Assembly (NCBI RefSeq): GCF_032062105.1
Contig: NW_026924573.1
Location: 62,001-126,000, forward strand
DNA from: Saccostrea cucullata
Taxonomy: Eukaryota
Length of the DNA: 64,000 nt
Direction of reading: 5' to 3'
Positions within the stretch are counted from its first letter, which is position 1; every line of letters begins with the position of its first letter. Shown piece after piece: positions 37,101 through 52,100 of the stretch. The notes beneath the pieces were generated by a model. The model saw only the letters and a list, made by a program, of their open reading frames with translations, ran no database searches and had not been told where the DNA came from. A program made the position numbers and the translations under genes.

Positions 37101-40100
37101 TAATTTGTTAGGTGCCCACGATACAGCAGCTTACCAGCCCAGTGTAAGCTGATCCAGGACTTCAGAAACCCATGCTGTAAGGTGCCAGACTGTGGATTTA
37201 GTGGAACCACGGGAACCATCTCTGGACAGAATACCCTGGCTCCTCCAATGCCAGGACAGCCCACCCCCTCTCCTAACCCCCTCAATCCCAATCCAACACC
37301 AGGCATGGGCGTGCCTGTTCTGAGTAGGTTACATGTTTATTTCTCACTGCTTGAAATTTATGTGTATTTGTTGCAAAAAATTATCTTGTTGCCTCATCAA
37401 TGATGAAAAGAAAAGTAGGTCTGAACTCCGGTGTATGATGCATGTTTAGGATCAATTTTTCCTTTTTTTTTTTAAGAATGATTTATGTACATATATATGC
37501 ATTAACATAGTATTAGGTGAATGATGGTCATGAATTAGATAGTTTTCCCATTTGTACTTAGACAATTGCTAATTGATATTGGGATTGTAACAAAAATCCT
37601 TTTGGTTGTTTTCAGATTACTGTTTGTACAAAGGAGTGAAATATTACCAGGGACAATCCTGGGAAGATGGATGTGACAAGAAATGTCTATGTGACCAGGC
37701 TTCTGAGGGACTCTACACTTGTAATGATAGGTAAAATAAATTGAAAAAATAATGAATTTCAAGGGGAATGTGTTTGTGATTATGTTTGGATAAAATGACA
37801 TACATGTAAAAATAAGCATGCACATTATATAGATATGTTTTAAGATATTGACACTAAAGATTAGCCGTTTATACATTATAATTAATATGTAAGAGTGTAG
37901 TACTGATTTGAATTACCATCATATTTAGATGTCCAAAGTACACCCAGGCTCTGCCCAAGGAGTGCCGAATGGTGACCTCCCCCACAGACTCCTGCTGTCA
38001 GGAACCTAAGTGTGACATCCCATCCCTGCTGACCAACATCTCAGGAACCATTTCCCCCGGCATGATCCCCACTCTAGCTCCCCCTGGTGTCATCTCAGGA
38101 AATGCCAATACCCCCACTCCCATGCCACAAGCCCCTGGACAGACAACGGTAGCACCTAAACCCCTCAGTAAGTTGCTTTGTACTGTAAAATTTTTAAAAT
38201 TTAGAATCATGAGAAGACACTTCTTACAGTGAATTCTTTGTGGAAATTTGTGTTTTTCTCCAAGCGTCTAACATGACACCTGAATAGATTATTTTTTTAC
38301 ATGAATTTTTTGTAGACTACTGTGTATACAAAGGTCTACAGTATGCCACTGGATCCCGATGGGATGATGGTTGTGATTACACTTGTGTTTGCACAGATGG
38401 AATGACAGGACATTATGACTGCACAGAAAAGTGAGAATTGCAAAATTTTACATTCTAAAGTTAAGAATGAAATGTTGAATTGAAAAAAAAGATCATTAAA
38501 TCTTGATATAGGCCCTAGAGTTACAATTTGATTTTGCATTTATGAGTGAAATCTGTTGGATTTTGTTCATGTAGAAAATTCTGTAAATACTACGTTGTAT
38601 TTGTACAAATAATTAAAATTTTATAAATTAGCTTTTATTGTTGTACATGTATATTCATGTATTTATATATATGTTAACAGATGCCCAAGATATGGCCAAT
38701 TACCCCGTGAATGCTACCTCACCAAAGATCCAGCCAACCCTTGTTGTCAGAAACCTGAATGTACCTTCAATCCATCAGTCAGTGAATTCACTAATGCCCC
38801 AACAACCAAAGCTCCCTTGCCAGGATTTACCAACGCTCCTACTCCTCAACCCACCGGCCAGCCAAACCCCAACCCATACCCAACTCCAGCTCTCCCCAAA
38901 GGTTTGTAATACAGTGACCAGTATTCTATTGGATTTCTTGATACTTCCACTTCTTTGAAATCTAACAATAAAAAAGAATGTATTAAAAAACTTTTGTACA
39001 GATTGTTGGAATTTTTTTGGGATACAAGCATTTAATGCAACATTATCTTTTTTATTTCAGCTGTGTGCGTCTACAAGGGAAAGAGTTACACCCAGGGTCA
39101 GCAGTGGTTTGATGGCTGTGATTACACCTGTACATGTGAAAATGCTATGACAGGTGTATACAGATGCAGCAGGAGGTAAATATACCTTACTACAATGTAA
39201 GAACTGATGCACATTACTTGTGGCACTGACATGATATATTGCATGTAACCAGTATGCTGGAAGAAAAATATTCAAATTCAAGATTAAAGTTCTCTTTACT
39301 AGTATTTGAGTTTGAAGAATAGGAATGAATCCTTCCTCTTGGCTCATCTGAGTGGTATGCTAAATACATCATATGTAAACATATTGAGATTATTGTGATT
39401 TACTTTGACAGATGTATTGAATATCCCCAAATGACCCCAGGCTGCAGCCTTGTTGCTGATCCCAAGGACCCACTCTGCTGTAAAGTACCCCAGTGTCAGG
39501 TCCCACCCAAGTACAGCAACCAGACAGGCTTCATCAACATTCCCACTCCCCCACCAGGTGTTATCACTGGAGGTTCCGTCACAAAGGTAATCTAGATATG
39601 ATCAGCAATCAAAGGTTTAATAACTCACGATCTAGTTGACAGCTGCACTCAAGGCAATCAAGCTTTACGACTGGAAAATTGGGAAAAAACTATTTCCGTG
39701 TCAGTGTTGATAATTTGAGAGAGATGAATGTGACGAAAAAGATCGTGACATAACGTGAAACTTTACAGTTAATTGCAAACTACATGTATAATATAGAGAG
39801 ATGGTGCTTCAATGATAACATTTGCATCTTGGTAGTAGCTACTCATTACAATTAAGAATTGATTTAGAAATTTTTACGATGTTATTCTTGCTTTTTCTTT
39901 TTTTTTATTGGAAGAATGCATTCTTGATTGTTAATGATCAGGTTGATGAACACAGGTTACTTGTAATTTGATTATTGTATTTTATGTAATTCAGGCTCCC
40001 ACCCCTCAGCCCACATTGGCTCCTGGCCTCACTCCCTCTCCAGGCTCCCCAACTCCTGGTGTGACACCAGCTCCAATCCGTAAGTTCACTCTTATTACCT

Positions 40101-43100
40101 AGTCAGGGAAAGGTTTCCAAATCTTATGAATAAAGAAGTGGTCCTAGACGAAAAATTACCACAGTATTTATATCCACTTGTGTGTAATACCCTTGTCTTG
40201 TTTTGACACTGGGTTTATACAGTGTACTTTTCTGCATAATTAAATACATGAATTTTTTTTTATTTCTAGCTGTTTGTATCTACAAGGGAAGCAAGTACAC
40301 ACAAGGACAAAGATGGCAAGATGGCTGTGACTTCAACTGTGAATGTACAAATGCTAATACTGGAAACTACAGATGTACTGAAATGTATGTTGGAAAAGTC
40401 TTCTTTCAAATATCTTTTGAATTTAAATGTGTAATTTATTAAATGTATAATGTTAAACATTCATCAGTTGATTACAAGTGAAGTGAGCAAAGAATATTTT
40501 TATTAACCATTTTGGTTATGTGTAGTTTTTATTCCTTATTCTTACCTACTAATTTCCTGTTGACTTCTTTTTTCAGGTGCACTAAATACAATGGACTCCC
40601 CCCTCAGTGCCAGCTGGTCACGGATGTCAACAAGCCCTGTTGTAAGAAGCCTTACTGTAACTTCCAGGGAGTCACGATCCAGGTCACAGGAACCCCCGCT
40701 CCTAACATGGGGACCACCATAGCCCCCAACCCCCTCAACCCTACTGGCCCCACACTGTTCCCAACCCCCACTCCTCCAGGTATGTGTGTTGTTCAATTCC
40801 AGACATAATTTTTGTCTGTTTATAAAAGAAACAGTTTTATATCTATGATTGATTGCATATAAAATTTTAATATCTGCGACCCAGAATAGCAATATACATG
40901 GTGTTAATTATATGTCTTTTTTGCTTTGAAGCCTTTTTCTCACAGTTAAACCTAATTTCTGCTTATTACAACAGAAATGAATTTAGTGTGTATATTCTGA
41001 AGGAAATTTGCTTCTTTTTACAGAGGTTTGTGTATACAATGGAGTACAATTTAAACAAGGAGCTACATGGCAAGATGGCTGCTCCCTGAACTGTGTCTGT
41101 GAAAATGGAAAGACAGGTTTCTACAGATGTAATGAAAGGTAATGTCACCATGGATTGATTAAATACAAGAATTTATAACAGAAAAATCTGTTGAAAGCAA
41201 GAATTTCTTTGGAAAAAAATGTGTACCACTTATAAAGTTTTGATTGTAACTTTGTGAATTTTGGTTTAGTTACGGGGTAAAATTGATATTTTAAAGGGTA
41301 ATATTTTGGCTTTCATTCATGAGAATTTCCATTGCTTGAGTATTTAAGCAAAAAACGAAATTGAAGAAAAATTGCTCAGTATGCATGTGTGCAGTAGGCT
41401 TTTGGTATCATATGCTATCTAGCTTCATTTTAAACTACAAAAATGATCACTTCTTGTGAAATTTATCAATTTTACAGTAATGATGTAAATGATTTTAGTG
41501 GTATAAATATTAAAAAGGTTAATTTGCAGTCACAAATAATTTGACTGTTTTTTGACAGATGTGCCCGATATGACCAGGTACCTGCTGGCTGCACCATGAC
41601 AACTGACCCCAGTGACAGCTGCTGTAGAATCCCTCTGTGTACCCCACAGCCAGTCTCCACCCCGGCTCCACAACCGGGTCAGACACTGAGCCCCAACCCC
41701 ACACCACCCCAGGTCCCCGTGGTTACAGGATCAGTCATTGGAATAGGTCAGTCAAGTTATAGCATTTGATGAGCAATGTGTTGTCAGTTAGGAACTGGTT
41801 TATATCATTCCATTTAGCATGTGTTACATCTTAATATCTACATTGAGCTACATGGATATTCTAAGATTTTGTATGCATGTAGATTTGATGGACAAAGGTG
41901 AAATTAAATCGATAAATATATACAATCTGTACATTGTGTACTTTATTACATTAAGTTATAAAAAATAAGAATATGTCATATAAACTTAATGAAATCATAT
42001 ATATATAGGTTTGATAAACATGTAAATATTTTTACTTCAGGTGTAACCCCAACACCTAGACCTGGTCAGACCCCAGTACCCAATCCAGTACCAGTGTGTG
42101 TCTACAAAGGTGTGCAGTACACACAGGGACAGAAATGGGATGATGGATGTCAGTACAAGTGTGAATGTATAGATGCCAATGCTGGAAAGTACAAGTGTAC
42201 TAAGAGGTATGTGTAAAACTGAAAAGTAATGATAAATTATTTAATGTTTTTTTTTCACAAAAAACTTCATTTCACATGATAAATTTTAAAAATTTAATTC
42301 TCCTCAATTTTTGTTTATTGAACATTATTTTATAAGACAAGAGTAAAAAATGGTAAAAATTTTGTCTTGCTTTTAATTAATAAAATGGCTATCTTGCAAA
42401 AATAAAATTTTGTGATCTACAGTACATTGTATGTTAATATCCAATTGCAAATCTTAAGGAAAAAAAAATAACAGTGAAATTAAATGTGTAAACTGAAACT
42501 GTTTCATCTATCAGATGTGGAGAGTTCCCCAGCCTGCCTGCTGAGTGCTCCTTGATCAATGATCCCAAAGACCAGTGCTGCAGAGTACCATTCTGTCAGC
42601 CAACTCCAGTCAATACCCCTGCACCAAACCCCATGGTCACCCCAAATCCAAACCCTAATCCTCAACCAGGAACCACCATAGCCCCAGGAGTAAATCCCAC
42701 ACTGGCACCAAATCCTAATCCTAACCCCAATCCTAATCCCAACCCAACACCAGTACCTCAACCTAAAAGTAAGTCAAGTTGAAGATAAAAATTTTTTATC
42801 TCATTTTGAAGGACATTAATTTTATATTTCATCTTTAGGTACAGTTGTCTGTTATCAGAAAAAAATATTAAAATGATAAAATAACTTTAATTACCAAAGA
42901 ATTTTTGATTAGGTATTAAATGGAACTTTTTTATACACTTTATGAAAAATTCAGTAACTAAAATTAAGAACATTGTATCTGTGATTGCAGACATTTGTGT
43001 GATGAATGGTCGTACCTACACCCAGGGACAACAGTGGTACGATGGCTGTGACAGGATCTGTAGATGTGAGGACGGAAGCACTGGGTTCTACAGATGTCAG

Positions 43101-46100
43101 GACAGGTCGGATATTTCTCTTTGACTATCAAAACACTAGAGAATAAATCTATTGATTAACAAGGGGGTTACTACAATAATCTGGAAACCAGATATTATAT
43201 TTGGATCCATTAAGATTTAGGCAATATTATCAATATTTATTTAAAAAACAAACATTGAAAAGGGTGAACTCTTTATAAGTAAGTTGATTTTATTTTAGGT
43301 AACAGTTAAAATTAAGTGATAAATTGCTCCACAAGTACATGTACATGCAATTACACTTTTATGTAAAAATTCTGTTGCATTGTACTTTGCACTTGCTAAA
43401 AATATAACATTTTTAATTTTAGATGTCGCAAATACGACTCTGTCCCACAAAACTGCATTCTTGTGGCAGATCCCAAGGATCCTCAATGCTGTAAGGTACC
43501 CTCCTGTATCCCAGGACCCAATGGTTTCCCCACCCCCACCCCAGGACCTGATGGATCCACTGTCGCTCCACAACTCATCACCAATGTCCCAGTAGGCGTG
43601 GTCACAGGATACGCCAAGCCAACACCCACAGCCACCCCTGCTCCCGTCCCAGTGGGAGGAACAACAGCCAAGCCCATGCCAACACCTGCTCCCCCAAGTG
43701 GGTTCTCTTTCAAAAAGTTACTTCCCTCATTTACATCAGAGGATATGGTGAAACAAAAAATACTTTGCAAAGTTATTTCATGAAGAAACTTATTTTTATG
43801 TATGATATTTTTGATTATTTTGTAGATGTCTGTGTATATAAGGGAGTCCAGTATGCTCAGGGACAGAGATGGCAAGACGGATGCTTATATAACTGTGTCT
43901 GTGAGAATGGAATGACTGGAAAATACAAGTGTACTGAGAGGTTAGTGATTTTACAGTAAATTAAGGTAAGTCACTCGTCAGCTTTTTAGAAAAGTTCACG
44001 CAGAAGCTTTTACTTCAAAACTACTTATTAAAATTCAATTTTTATAACATATTTAAATTTAACAATGTAAATTTCTTAACATTCAATGAAAAAACTGTCA
44101 AAAATCTAAAGAAGCAAGATTTAAGGGACTACTTTTGGTGGAAGGATATTTAGCAGAAAATTCTGCAAATCTGCACATTTATAAAATTTAATGTAATGGA
44201 AATTTAGCCTCACATACATTTACTCGGAGAATATTTTCCGTTTTGATATTGCTAAAAAAATTTAATATAGGTCTTAATTAATATTTTTAGACTAAGTTTT
44301 ACACCTTCCCTCAACAAACTTATCCAAAAAATGAAAATATATTAAAGAAGTCAAGATCAAATTTACACCATGTTTTACCTGAAAATCAAATATTTTGACA
44401 AATATTTCAAAATTAACATCACTGACCTAGCCTTTTTCTTTCATTATTTTAAACTACTCGATACTTGTGACTGATCAGCCCTTAAGTCGTAAAAAGTTTG
44501 ATATAAGAAAATTTTTTATTGCCTATTAAGTTTTTTAATACCCCAAATATGTTATTTCTTGGTGCAAAAAGGTCACACAATATATTACGCGCATTAATTT
44601 GTAAGATTTGTTTAATGATAGATATTATTCAAGCTATTTAACGTAAAATAAGATTATATTTATTGCCATGCTTACATCATATCAAATATAATGAGGGTTA
44701 AAGTAATTAACCAAAGAGATGAAATTTAAGTGCAAAAAGGTCAACTTAAATGTACCGTAGATCAGTAGGATGCACACTGACCCCCTATTTTCTTTGCGAT
44801 TTTGAGTTACACTTTATGAGTACTTATCCAAAATATACTTCTCAAAGAATCCTTGATTTAACAAATTTTAGGAGTGACTTACCTTAAGAACATAGAAATG
44901 TCAATGATTGAAGACTCGAAAAACTCTCATCAGGAAAAATGAATTTAATGTATTTAAAGAAAAGAAATGACTTAAATATCTGAGATTATATTGTCCTTAT
45001 TGTATGACAGATGTGCAGCCTACCCAGCCCTGCCTCCCTACTGTAAACTGGTACAGGATCCTAATGACTACTGCTGTCAGCAGCCTCTGTGTAACTACCA
45101 GACACAAGCCCCATCTGTCCCCCCATCACTGACCCCCAGCCCCGCTCCAGGACACCCCACGGTGGCTCCAAACCCTAACGCCACACCAGCTCCAAATCCT
45201 AATGCCACACCAGCACCCAATCCTCTGGGTAAGCAGACAGGTTTTGATGCACAGCACTTAACCATATATACATGCTGTACATGTATGTACCACAAAAAAG
45301 AGGTATTTTACAAACTCACAAATTCTGTGTTGGTGAAAAAATATGCATGTAAATGTTGTTATTGCAGCTGTGTGTGTATACAAGGGAATTACCTACCAGC
45401 AGGGTGCTACTTGGAATGAGGGCTGTGTGAAGAGATGTCGCTGTGATGATGCTGACAAGAATATCTACACATGTTTTGACAGGTAACTTAACCACCTCCA
45501 CCCTGTTTATTTTCTGCATGCTGTATTTCATTAGGTTTATTTTATTTTCTTCAAATGCCATCTTTGATCACATAAAATCTACATATATTTAGGATTTTTT
45601 GAATTTTAGGAATAAAAATGACAGATACATGCATTATTCAAATGATACATGTACTGTGTGTTTTGCTGCAACTAGAGAGAGTTGAATTTTAAGACAATCA
45701 GTACTTATTTTTATTCAGTTTGTTTCTTTCTGGGTGAAATGAATTGTTCACAGATTTACATAAAATCTAATTTGCTGTTTCTCCTGTAGATGTCCATCCT
45801 ACAAACTGAACCCAGGCTGTGTGATGACCACAGATCCCAAAGACCCCTGCTGTCAGGTGCCCTCTTGTACTGTGATCCCCACACCACTGCCAGTCAATAC
45901 ACCATCCCCAATGCCAGGAATGAACACTGTGGTGCCAGGAACTGTCCCCACCCCTGTCCCATCAGCCTACCCATCTCCAATCCCCACCGGACAAGTGGGT
46001 ACCATTGTAGGAAAACCCCAGGTTCCTCCTCTCAGAGGTCAGTAGACATTTACCTATTGAATAAAAATTCAGGTTTCCTCTCAGAGTCATTAAACTGATT

Positions 46101-49100
46101 TTGTAGCATAAGCAATAAGATAGAACCTGTGAGGCAAATTGAATGGCATGTATATTACAGCATTGTGTGACTACAAGGGAATGCAGTATGCTACGGGACA
46201 AAAATGGCAGGATGGTTGTCAGTATGACTGTGAATGTATTGATGGAATGACTGGACAGTACAGATGTACTGAGAAGTATGTAATCTTTGTAATGATAATT
46301 TGCTTCATTCATATTTCTTTCTTTTGATAATAGAATTCATCACTGATTTTCAATGTATCTTAATATATTTATAAAGGTGTCCAAGATATCCCCAAATCCC
46401 AAGTTACTGCATCTTGGCACAGGATCCTAAAGAGCCGTGCTGTAAAGTCCCAGTCTGTACTACTGTTGCTCCCACACCACAGCCTGGTGTAACCCCCACC
46501 CCAGGAGCAATAAAAACCCCCCTCCCAGGATCCACCTTCCCACCAACACTGATGCCCCCTGTGACCCCAGGACCCATACCCACTCCACCACAACCAAAGA
46601 GTAAGGTTTTTTAAAAATCTCTTTTATCATAGAAAAATAATTAACATAGTAAAAGTGAAATTTTAATTATTATGAGGGATGTTTTTTAATTTGATGTCTT
46701 TGTTTATAGACAATGTCCTTGAATAATAGTTAGAGAGAGAAATTAGACAAGCATAAAAAATATTCATTTAGAAAAATATTATATACAGTGTGTATATATA
46801 ATTATACAAACATGTATGATAAATAATATAATAAATAATTGTATATTTGAACACTGTAGATGTGTGCATCATGAATGGCAAATCCTACACACAAGGACAA
46901 CAGTGGGATGATGGATGTAAACAGATTTGTGTTTGTGATGATGGAACAACAGGTCACTACACTTGCAGATCAAGGTATTGCTATACCAAATAATTTTTCT
47001 AGTCATAAATGTTTGTGTCATTAATCCTACAATCATTGTCTGTGATATAAAAATTGAAACTAGTTTGAATTTTATTTTTTTTCAGATGTGCTCAGTATCC
47101 TAACATTGCACCAACCTGCATCATGGTTCCAGATCCCAATGATCCCAAATGTTGCCAGATTCCACAGTGTGACCAGACCAATCCTAACCAGCCATCCGGA
47201 GTCACTGGCAGCATCACTGGCACCAATCCCCCAACTCCAGTACCAAATGTCACTCCAACTCCCAACCCTAATCCCAATCCCAATGTCAGTCCTACACCAA
47301 ATCCTTATCCAAATCCAACACCTTACCCAGGAGGCACCTACCCTCCCTATCTGATCCCATCAGTGGGACCCAATGTGACACCAGCTCCAGGAACACAGAC
47401 CACACAGGCACCTCCTGTAACTCCTCAGCCTAGTAAGTGTAGACACCTTTCTTGACCTTGGACCTGATTCAATCAGGTGACTATATTGCTTTTGGTCCCC
47501 ATCTTTTATTGTTGGGAGGTTTTAATATACTTGCAGTTTCTTCTCAAAAATAAGCAAAACCAATTCTTACCATTTATTATCTGTTTGTAATTATGATTAG
47601 AGTACCAGTATTGGGATCAAATCCATCAAAAATTTCATATGATCCCTAAAAGTCCTGTACAATAATGTGAATATTCTTTTTTTCCATGCAGTCAAAATTT
47701 TCGAACGGATTGAAATTTGTCTTGCATAGTAAAAGTGAATTGACCAGGAACATTATACCAAAAAAAATTTTTTAAATATTTTTATTCCAAAGTATGTCAC
47801 ATGAGTTCAAAATTCAAATCCCAGACAGGGTTGCTCTTGATCTTAGGATAAGTGACTTATGCTTCTCCCATGATTATGAAGAATATGATCCTCTTGTTCT
47901 ACTTAAAATTTTCTTGGAGGGATAAGATGATTTTTTTATTGCCAGAGGTCTGCATATACAAGGGCAAGGCCTACACCCAGGGACAGAAATGGAGAGATGG
48001 ATGTGACTACAACTGTGAGTGTCTGGACGGAATGACCGGCAAATATGTGTGTACAGAAATGTAAGTGTGTCATTGCTGTTTATTTCCCATCTCATTTTAT
48101 AGAATGTGATGCTTTGACACTGTAATGCAACTTTAAGCTTGAAAAAATGTTAAAATGACACCAAAATGCAAGTTTTAGCTTTAAAAAATGTTAAAATGAC
48201 ACCAAAATGCAAGTTTTAGCTTTAAAAAATGTTAAAATCACTGTTTACTTAATTAAAGATTATTCTAAATTCTTGTCCTGTAGCTGCCCCCGCTACCCCA
48301 ATCTGCCGGTGGGATGTGTCATGGTCAATGACCCGGCCAATCCTTGCTGTAAGAAGCCAGACTGCAGTAACCCAACTCCTCTACCAGTCCTGACCCCAAG
48401 TCCTAAACCAGGAGTCAGCCCCACACCGGCCCCCATGAACACACCCACTCCAAGTATGTAGTTAATAAGACAGTTAACATAGAAAGAGATAATGCACTTT
48501 GCTTAACTACATGTATTTGGTTTGAGTTTCATAAAAAGATACATGTTCTTGTCAGGAAATAGAATATAATTGTTTTGTATGAATAGGAGTATGGATGTAG
48601 GGAGCCAGTAAAGCATGTGACAGAGTGATTATGCTGAATTTGAATAATCTTTTTCTGTAGGTTTCTGTGTCTACAATGGAATCCCCTACCAGGCAGGCAA
48701 GACATTTGAGGACGGCTGCGACAAGATCTGTACCTGTGAGAATGGCATGGCTGGCCAGGTGACATGTAAAGACAGGTAGGTTTTCTTATTTTTTAGGAAT
48801 TGAAAGTTAAATCACTTGAATCAAGATTGCATATTAGATGAAATTATGGGTCTATGTTCAAGTGATATGAACTAACAAAATGATGGTGCAATAACAAAAT
48901 TGTTATCCTCATATACACTTTGAATAAGTAAAATTGTTGCAATTTTGAAAAAAAAATGCTATAATTTTTTAAATCTCTAAAATGATTTAAAAAGCATGAA
49001 TATTGATATTTTAAGATGTTAAGGAACAATAAGAGATAAATCAGTATGCTGTTTGTAGATGCCCCACCTTCCCCCCATTGAAGGCTGGCTGTAAGATGGT

Positions 49101-52100
49101 GACAGACCCTAATGACAAGTGTTGTCAGACACCAAACTGTGTGGATCCCATCACTCTCACCCCCTACAGCCCTGGTGGTACCATTGACGGAGGAAATGTC
49201 CCCAATCAACCTGGCTCCCCTGTCACCGGTGGCAGAAGTAAGAAGGCTTTTGTTGAACCAAAGAAGCTGCAATAAATTAGAAATTAAAGAATGTGACAGT
49301 TATTTGATGATCAGGAGTTCTGAGAACTTAAGCAAGTTTAGAGTCCGTTTCTTGATTTTATTTTTAATATATCATTATTTGTTGATTTGTAGATGTGTGT
49401 GTATACAATGGAAAGATTTACACTCAGGGACAACAGTGGGATGATGGATGTACCTACCACTGTGTGTGTCTGGACGCCAGCACTGGTCACTACCAGTGTA
49501 CAGAGAAGTAAGCTCTGATTTTGCATTGTCCAGTATTCAGCTTGGCAGTAACTTTGAGAATGTAGAATTGCAGAAAGGATGGGGGGAGGGGTATAAAAAA
49601 TCAACTTTTTCTGTAAAATTATTTAAAAATAAAATATCTGAACTGATTAGAAAGAGGCTCCATAATTGTATCTGACTTAACCATTTCAACATGGTAATGT
49701 TGTGTAACAAAATTATTGTATTTTCTGATGGCCTTTTTTCTATAAAATCATTATTTAGTTTTTGCCTTTTGTCAGTAACCAAATAATAGTCAATGTACAC
49801 AAGAATGTACATGTCCGTAAACTTGTACTATATCTAATTACTGGAGGTACAATAATTGATGAGAATGGAAATATGATGAAAAGACGTCATATTTACAAAA
49901 ATCAGAAAATTGTGTACATTAAATACTTAGAAGAAATGACCATTATCCATCACTTTCAAAAATGACTGATTTCAGTACCACCCCTGACTGAATAATAGTC
50001 AATGTACACAAGAATGTACATGTCCGTAAACTTGGGAGGTACAATATCTAAGACATATTTACTTTTAAACAGATGTAACAGAGTTCCACAGTTGCCTTCC
50101 TACTGTACAATGGTTAACGATCCAAACAACCAATGTTGTCAGATGCCCTACTGCCAGAACCCCAACCCAACACCTGCACCCACACTCTCACCTAATGGCT
50201 CCCCTACACAGGTAAGTGATACACTGCCACAGCAGGAAAACAACTGCTCTTCATGGGCATTATCTGGAATTTTGAGGAAAATACTTAAAATGTTGATTTT
50301 GAAGTTTTTAAAGATATTTTTTATTTTATAAAAAAAAAAAAAACTGTTTATAGGTATATTTTGTATCAATGTCTGACTTCCAGTTTTAGAGCTAATATTG
50401 TTTCATTAATTTTATAGCCACCAAGCCCTGGACCAAATGTGAACCCTACACCAGCTCCCAAGCCTAAAGGTTTATATATTGTTACTTCTCATTAAGATAT
50501 GATACACAGAAATATTTCTTATGAAGTATTAATAATGAGTTTAAAAAAATAAAATAATGGTGCAATATAATTAATTTTTAGACTATACTATTTTAACTTT
50601 CAAGGTTAAAGTGCCAAAAAGTGCCAATAATTATATGGGAAAACCCCAAATTAAATATAGTATTTAAGTAACATTGTATTGTGACTATTGCAGATGTGTG
50701 TGTATTTAAGAACAGCCAGTACTACAAACAGGACCAGCAGTGGTATGATGGATGTAATGCTGTGTGTCGATGTGAGAACGCAGCCACAGGCTACTACAGA
50801 TGTCAGGAAAGGTCAGATTTAGGGGTTGTGTGTGGAATCTTATAATAGTCCTTCTTCTAATTAATATTGTCTACTGTGATTCAAACTTAACGGGTAGAGG
50901 CTGTCTTATAAATTCAAAGTTTTTCAATGAAATGTCATTGAACGTTTCAGATGTGCAAGATACACCAGTGTACCGTCTGAGTGTACTCTGGTTCCTGACC
51001 CCAAAGACCCATCATGTTGTCAAGTACCAAAATGCCCAGTTAAGCCTACAGCTGGCCCAGTGCCCACCCCAGGATTTGTGCCCACACCGATCACTGTTAA
51101 GCCAGGAGTACTGACCGGTCTCGCCCCTGTGCCCACAAATCAGCCCACACCTTCCCCAGCCCCAGGCCAGACACCTGGACCAACTCTGGCACCACCTCTG
51201 CCCAAGTCTGGTATGTCCATTTCCAACATATTTTTTTGAATCATAACGACATTTTATGAATTTATAATTTTAAAAATTTTGAATGTTAAAATGAGAAATG
51301 CAGTATCGATTTATTCTTAACAGGATGTTACTACAAGGGTGTGGTTTACAACAAGGGAGTGAACTGGTCTGATGGTTGTCAGTATGATTGTGTTTGTTTG
51401 GATGATATGACAGGACAGTACAAGTGTACTGAAAAGTAAGTCTTTCCTTCAGATGCTGTTTTCTAACCAATGTTAGCTTTGAAAATATTCAAAAATATGT
51501 CTACATGTCATGTTTTGTTTATGAATTGTTGATAGGGGTCATACTTTGTTTAAATCAAATACCTCATTTCATAGGTGCACCAAGTATCCCAACCTGGATA
51601 GTCACTGTGTTTTGATTCAGGACCCACAAAATCCATGCTGCCAGAAGCCTTACTGCGACTTTGTCAACCCTACACCATTCCCTAATGGCATCCCCACCCC
51701 ACAGCCCATCATGACCCCTTCACCACTGCCAGGTAACCCCTCAGTGGCCCCCAACACTGTACCCACACCAGCTCCTAACCCCACACGAGCCCCTCCCCCG
51801 GGATACTGTGTGTACAAGGGTGTGTTCTACACTCAGGGTCAGACTTGGAATGATGGCTGTGACAAGACCTGTCAGTGTGACGATGTGACAACGGGATACA
51901 TCTCCTGTCATCCAAGGTGTGTAGTCAGCAATATAGCTTACAAATAGGATATACATGTTCAATACTCAAGTCCCCCAACCCCCACAGGAAGATATGAAAG
52001 TGTTAGGTTGTAGACATATACTATGTATATAATGCATGGTGCTTTTTAGTAATATGAAAGAGGGCATTTTCATTTGTTCTCACTAGTATTTAAATTTAGA

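Noticed and set aside
45170-45225. Horizontal transfer from an apicomplexan (NPNA repeats)
   Set aside because: Low-complexity motif embedded in a normal host exon; convergence is sufficient.
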